From positions 1 through 64,000 of the forward strand of contig JAHQWK010000011.1 in NCBI GenBank assembly GCA_029856145.1: DNA of 64,000 nt. The letters run 5' to 3'. This document shows, in pieces, positions 60,796 through 64,000 of this stretch (within the stretch, counting starts at the first letter, position 1; the number at the start of each line of letters is the position of its first letter). A program made the position numbers and the translations under genes. The DNA is from Promethearchaeia archaeon. GTDB taxonomy: Archaea > Asgardarchaeota > Lokiarchaeia > Sigyniarchaeales > SOKP01. A model generated the notes under the pieces. It ran no database searches. It saw nothing but the letters and a program-made list of their open reading frames with translations, and was not told where the DNA came from.

Positions 60796-61953
60796 CTAAA
60801 GAGATTTTAATGGATAAACTCCAAATTTATTTGTTGTTTCAATCATCCATTTTATTCGTTCAGGTGACATCATAGGGTGAAAATTTGCTGGGGAAACCAT
60901 GAATCCCCCGCCATATCCCATTGCCTTAATAGCATTTTTAACTGCTTGTTCTACTTCCTCTTTTGTAGCATCTACTAAAATATGTCTTGTATCAATATTT
61001 CCAGATAAGCAGAGTTTATCTCCTACTTTCTTTTTTACATAATAAGGATCAACAAAAGGGGGCTCTAGACATTGAAGACCATCAAACCCTGAATTTACAA
61101 TAAATTCTAAAAGAGTAGTCACATCTCCATCGGTATGTAAGATATATTTGCCGCCCCAATCATGGATTTGTTCTGAAACTTCTTGAAAGCGTGGAAGGAG
61201 ATATTTATCGAAATATTTTGGATGAATCATTGGTCCTCCTTTATGGGCAATATCCCCACCCTCAAGAAAGATTTTAGCGCCACATTCGTGATACGCTTTG
61301 AAAACTGTTAATGTAAAGTCTGTGCAAAAGCGGAAACGTTCTTCAATTAATTTAGGATCATTTTTTAATGCACGTGCAAAATAAGCCATTCCCATTCCTT
61401 GCCAGACGGGTGGAAAGACTGATGTTAGGGCGTTTTGAGTAAAAATACAAATCTCATCTTTAATATCTCGACACTTTCTTAAGACTCCTTTGTAAAATTT
61501 CTTAGCCCTTCTGTATTCCTCTTTCAAATCTGGTTTAGGGTATGCTTCCCAATCTTCTCTATTTTTAATATATCCACCATAATAATCGGGATATGGATTT
61601 CCATCTATATTTCTTACTTTATGCCTCTTCCCAAATATGTCTGTCATCTCAGTTTGACTTTCGAGGATGAATGGAATATATTGGATACCGACTCCATCAA
61701 AACCTAATTCATAACCTGCGCGGACTGCTTTTGTAAAAACAGTAATTTCAATATCATCAAGAATTTGATTAATTTTTTCAACCCATTCATCTGGATATTT
61801 TCTTTCCATCTCATCAAAGACATCAAATGCGGTTCTCTCTGGTTTTCCTAAAATCTGATCAGCAACATTTCCATCAATATTTATTGTATGAGTTGGGATT
61901 CTGTCTGGCTCTTCAAGATTTAAAGCAGCCCATATTCGATCAAAACTATTCAT
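60796..61953 (-). CDS. Uroporphyrinogen decarboxylase / MtaA-CmuA family protein
   Basis: EPDRIP, HTDG, LSGNID, GGGFMVSPA. Confidence 0.88.
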   Translation of the reverse strand: MNSFDRIWAALNLEEPDRIPTHTINIDGNVADQILGKPERTAFDVFDEMERKYPDEWVEKINQILDDIEITVFTKAVRAGYELGFDGVGIQYIPFILESQTEMTDIFGKRHKVRNIDGNPYPDYYGGYIKNREDWEAYPKPDLKEEYRRAKKFYKGVLRKCRDIKDEICIFTQNALTSVFPPVWQGMGMAYFARALKNDPKLIEERFRFCTDFTLTVFKAYHECGAKIFLEGGDIAHKGGPMIHPKYFDKYLLPRFQEVSEQIHDWGGKYILHTDGDVTTLLEFIVNSGFDGLQCLEPPFVDPYYVKKKVGDKLCLSGNIDTRHILVDATKEEVEQAVKNAIKAMGYGGGFMVSPANFHPMMSPERIKWMIETTNKFGVYPLKSL

Positions 61954-62093
61954 GTTATTAATTTCGATATTGGAATATTTAATTATTTTATTATTATTAA
62001 ACTAAAATAATTTAGAATTGTTAGGGGATATTAGCGAAATTATTTAATGCATATCAAGGAAGAATAGAAAAAAAAAGAAAAAATGGAGTCAAT

Positions 62094-63695
62094 TTAATTA
62101 TATTTTAACCGCTTTTTAACTAGGATCACAGAAGTAATACCAATAATTAGACTGAATATTAATAGATTGTATCCTGAGATTTGAGGTTGTGTTGATTGTA
62201 TAGATACAGTTATATAAATACAATTAGAAGTACTATTACCGAAATTATTAAAAGCTACAGCTCTAAAGTAATAGACACCGTCATTATAATTGCTTATTGG
62301 AAGAGAATATACATCAGTTTCATCTGCTTTAATCGTTAAGCTGCCGTTAATTTCTGTTATGTAACTTGAATACTCATAAATAGAATAATTCCTAGCCCGT
62401 GGTGAAACTGACCAACTTAAAGTAAATTCACCATCATCGTCAATAGTACCAGAAGGAGGGGATAATTGAAAACCACCAGGAGACTCAATTGAAAGTTTTA
62501 TCAAATATAAATCGTAAAAAGGACCTATTCTGTAATTACCTGTAATATATATCTTATCAGACGAGTCTATGATTAGATCAAAACAAAAGTGTTGATAAGT
62601 GGGAGATCTTTCCCAGGTTTTATACCAAAGAAGATTTCCTTTTGAATCATATTTTACTAAAGAAATATTTAAACCGAGAGCATATCCTCCTAAATAAATA
62701 TTATCAGCAGAATCAACAGCAATTCCACGCACCTCATCATCTGCAATAGTACCCCAAGTTCGATTCCAATACCAATTTCCATCAGAGTCATATTTTACAA
62801 CAATATAGTCCTTTTGCATCGCACCATAGCTTTGTGTATATCCAGATGCATACACATTGGCTTTAGAATCTAAAGCGACGCCCCATGCTTCATCAGGATC
62901 AGATCCTCCCCAAGTTCTGTTCCATAAATAATCTCCAGAATTATCAAATTTTACTAATAATAAATCATTTTCAAGCCCGACGGGTTTATTTACACCTGAA
63001 ACGTAAATATTATTAGAAGAATCTAAGACGATATCACGACCAGCTTGATAACCAGGTTTATCATGTGCTGAACTCCATTGTAAGTGCCCTGAACTATTAT
63101 ATTTTAATAAAAGAATTGAAGTTGAAGTTGTGAATGTTTGTCCTACAACATAAATCATATTTTGAGAATCAATCGTTAAAGCCCAAGCACCATCATATAA
63201 ACCACTGTCATAAGAGCTTTTCCATTCTAAATCGCCATTACTATTAAATTTAAGAAGAAGAACATCAAAATTAGGATAAGAAGTCCCATTAGCTGCAGCG
63301 ACATAGATATAACCTAAGGAATCCACAGCTACATCATAACCATATTCATAAACACCACCATCCCACGTAATATTCCATTGCTGTTTTCCATTAGGATTAT
63401 ACTTAATTAATATAACATCATAATCAACCGAACCATTATATCCTACAACATAAATATCTCCAGTAGTTTCATATATAGCAACACTTTGTCCATATTCGTT
63501 ATCACCTTTATCCCAAGTAACATTCCAATCTTCAATAAGTGATAATTTTAGGTTGCTTGAATCATTTTCAATATTTGCTTGACTATCTATTATTTTATCT
63601 GATGAGTATATAAAAAGATTAGAACTGGTAATAGTTATCGAAGTCAAGAATACAAGAAGAAATATTATAGGAAATTTGTTATTTTTTATTTTCAT
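62094..63695 (-). CDS. Secreted SBBP-type beta-propeller surface protein with Loki-CTERM-like tail
   Basis: Seven A.DS..NIYV.G....L.KYD..G...W repeats, FnIII-like module, C-terminal ISGY-TM-KKRLK. Confidence 0.9.
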   Translation of the reverse strand: MKIKNNKFPIIFLLVFLTSITITSSNLFIYSSDKIIDSQANIENDSSNLKLSLIEDWNVTWDKGDNEYGQSVAIYETTGDIYVVGYNGSVDYDVILIKYNPNGKQQWNITWDGGVYEYGYDVAVDSLGYIYVAAANGTSYPNFDVLLLKFNSNGDLEWKSSYDSGLYDGAWALTIDSQNMIYVVGQTFTTSTSILLLKYNSSGHLQWSSAHDKPGYQAGRDIVLDSSNNIYVSGVNKPVGLENDLLLVKFDNSGDYLWNRTWGGSDPDEAWGVALDSKANVYASGYTQSYGAMQKDYIVVKYDSDGNWYWNRTWGTIADDEVRGIAVDSADNIYLGGYALGLNISLVKYDSKGNLLWYKTWERSPTYQHFCFDLIIDSSDKIYITGNYRIGPFYDLYLIKLSIESPGGFQLSPPSGTIDDDGEFTLSWSVSPRARNYSIYEYSSYITEINGSLTIKADETDVYSLPISNYNDGVYYFRAVAFNNFGNSTSNCIYITVSIQSTQPQISGYNLLIFSLIIGITSVILVKKRLKYN

Positions 63696-63824
63696 TTTAA
63701 GATCACTTAATTTATCTTATAGAATATTATTAGACAAACAAATTGAGATAAAGAATTCTAGAATGTGGTTGTATATATATTTAACTTTTATCTGTTGAGA
63801 AAAATTAGAAAAAGAATATGAGTC

Positions 63825-64000
63825 TTAGTTACTTTTCTCTATTTCCTGGATGAAGGAATTAATTTTATCTATATGATTATTATTCTTAATTTCCTTTCTA
63901 TTAATTTCTAAAGTGAATAATGGTTCTTTCTCATATAAAATTGCCATGCTTTCAAACGTTTTGAAGCCTTTATCTCCTCCCTCAGTACAAAAAAATGCAA
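63825..64000 (-). CDS. Flavodoxin family protein, 3' part (runs off window)
   Basis: Manual translation AFFCTEGGDKGFKTFESMAILYEKEPLFTLEI...IEKSN*. Confidence 0.75.
   Translation of the reverse strand, partial: AFFCTEGGDKGFKTFESMAILYEKEPLFTLEINRKEIKNNNHIDKINSFIQEIEKSN

Overview
A very AT-rich, gene-dense 64 kb chromosomal window, most likely from an Asgard archaeon (Lokiarchaeia-like). The assignment rests on three Rab-like small GTPase genes plus a fourth remnant, a Roadblock/LC7 protein, three longin/uDENN-like proteins, an archaeosortase, and two secreted proteins ending in I-[PS]-G-[FY]/TM/basic (Loki-CTERM-like) tails. The rest is mostly metabolic and redox cargo: two acyl-CoA dehydrogenases, an OYE-family oxidoreductase, MsrA/MsrB, a Rieske oxygenase, nitroreductases, a penicillin-acylase-like enzyme, a sphingosine-1-phosphate-lyase-like enzyme, and metal transporters. 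I saw no rRNA, tRNA, CRISPR array, integrase or transposase. Three things stand out beyond the ORF track. (1) Intergenic spaces in the first ~30 kb hold many decayed gene fragments, several of them diverged copies of intact genes in this same window (acyl-CoA dehydrogenase 3' end, two NYN fragments, a Zn-finger gene), in a pattern resembling duplication followed by reciprocal loss. (2) Four genes have long leaders that fold into multi-hairpin structures whose G-U pairs mostly work only on the sense strand, making them candidate cis-regulatory RNAs. (3) There are unusual domain fusions: longin-like+MEDS, archaeosortase+wHTH, and membrane domain+wHTH+CDF+wHTH. All family calls are by-eye motif recognition; no searches or folding programs were run.
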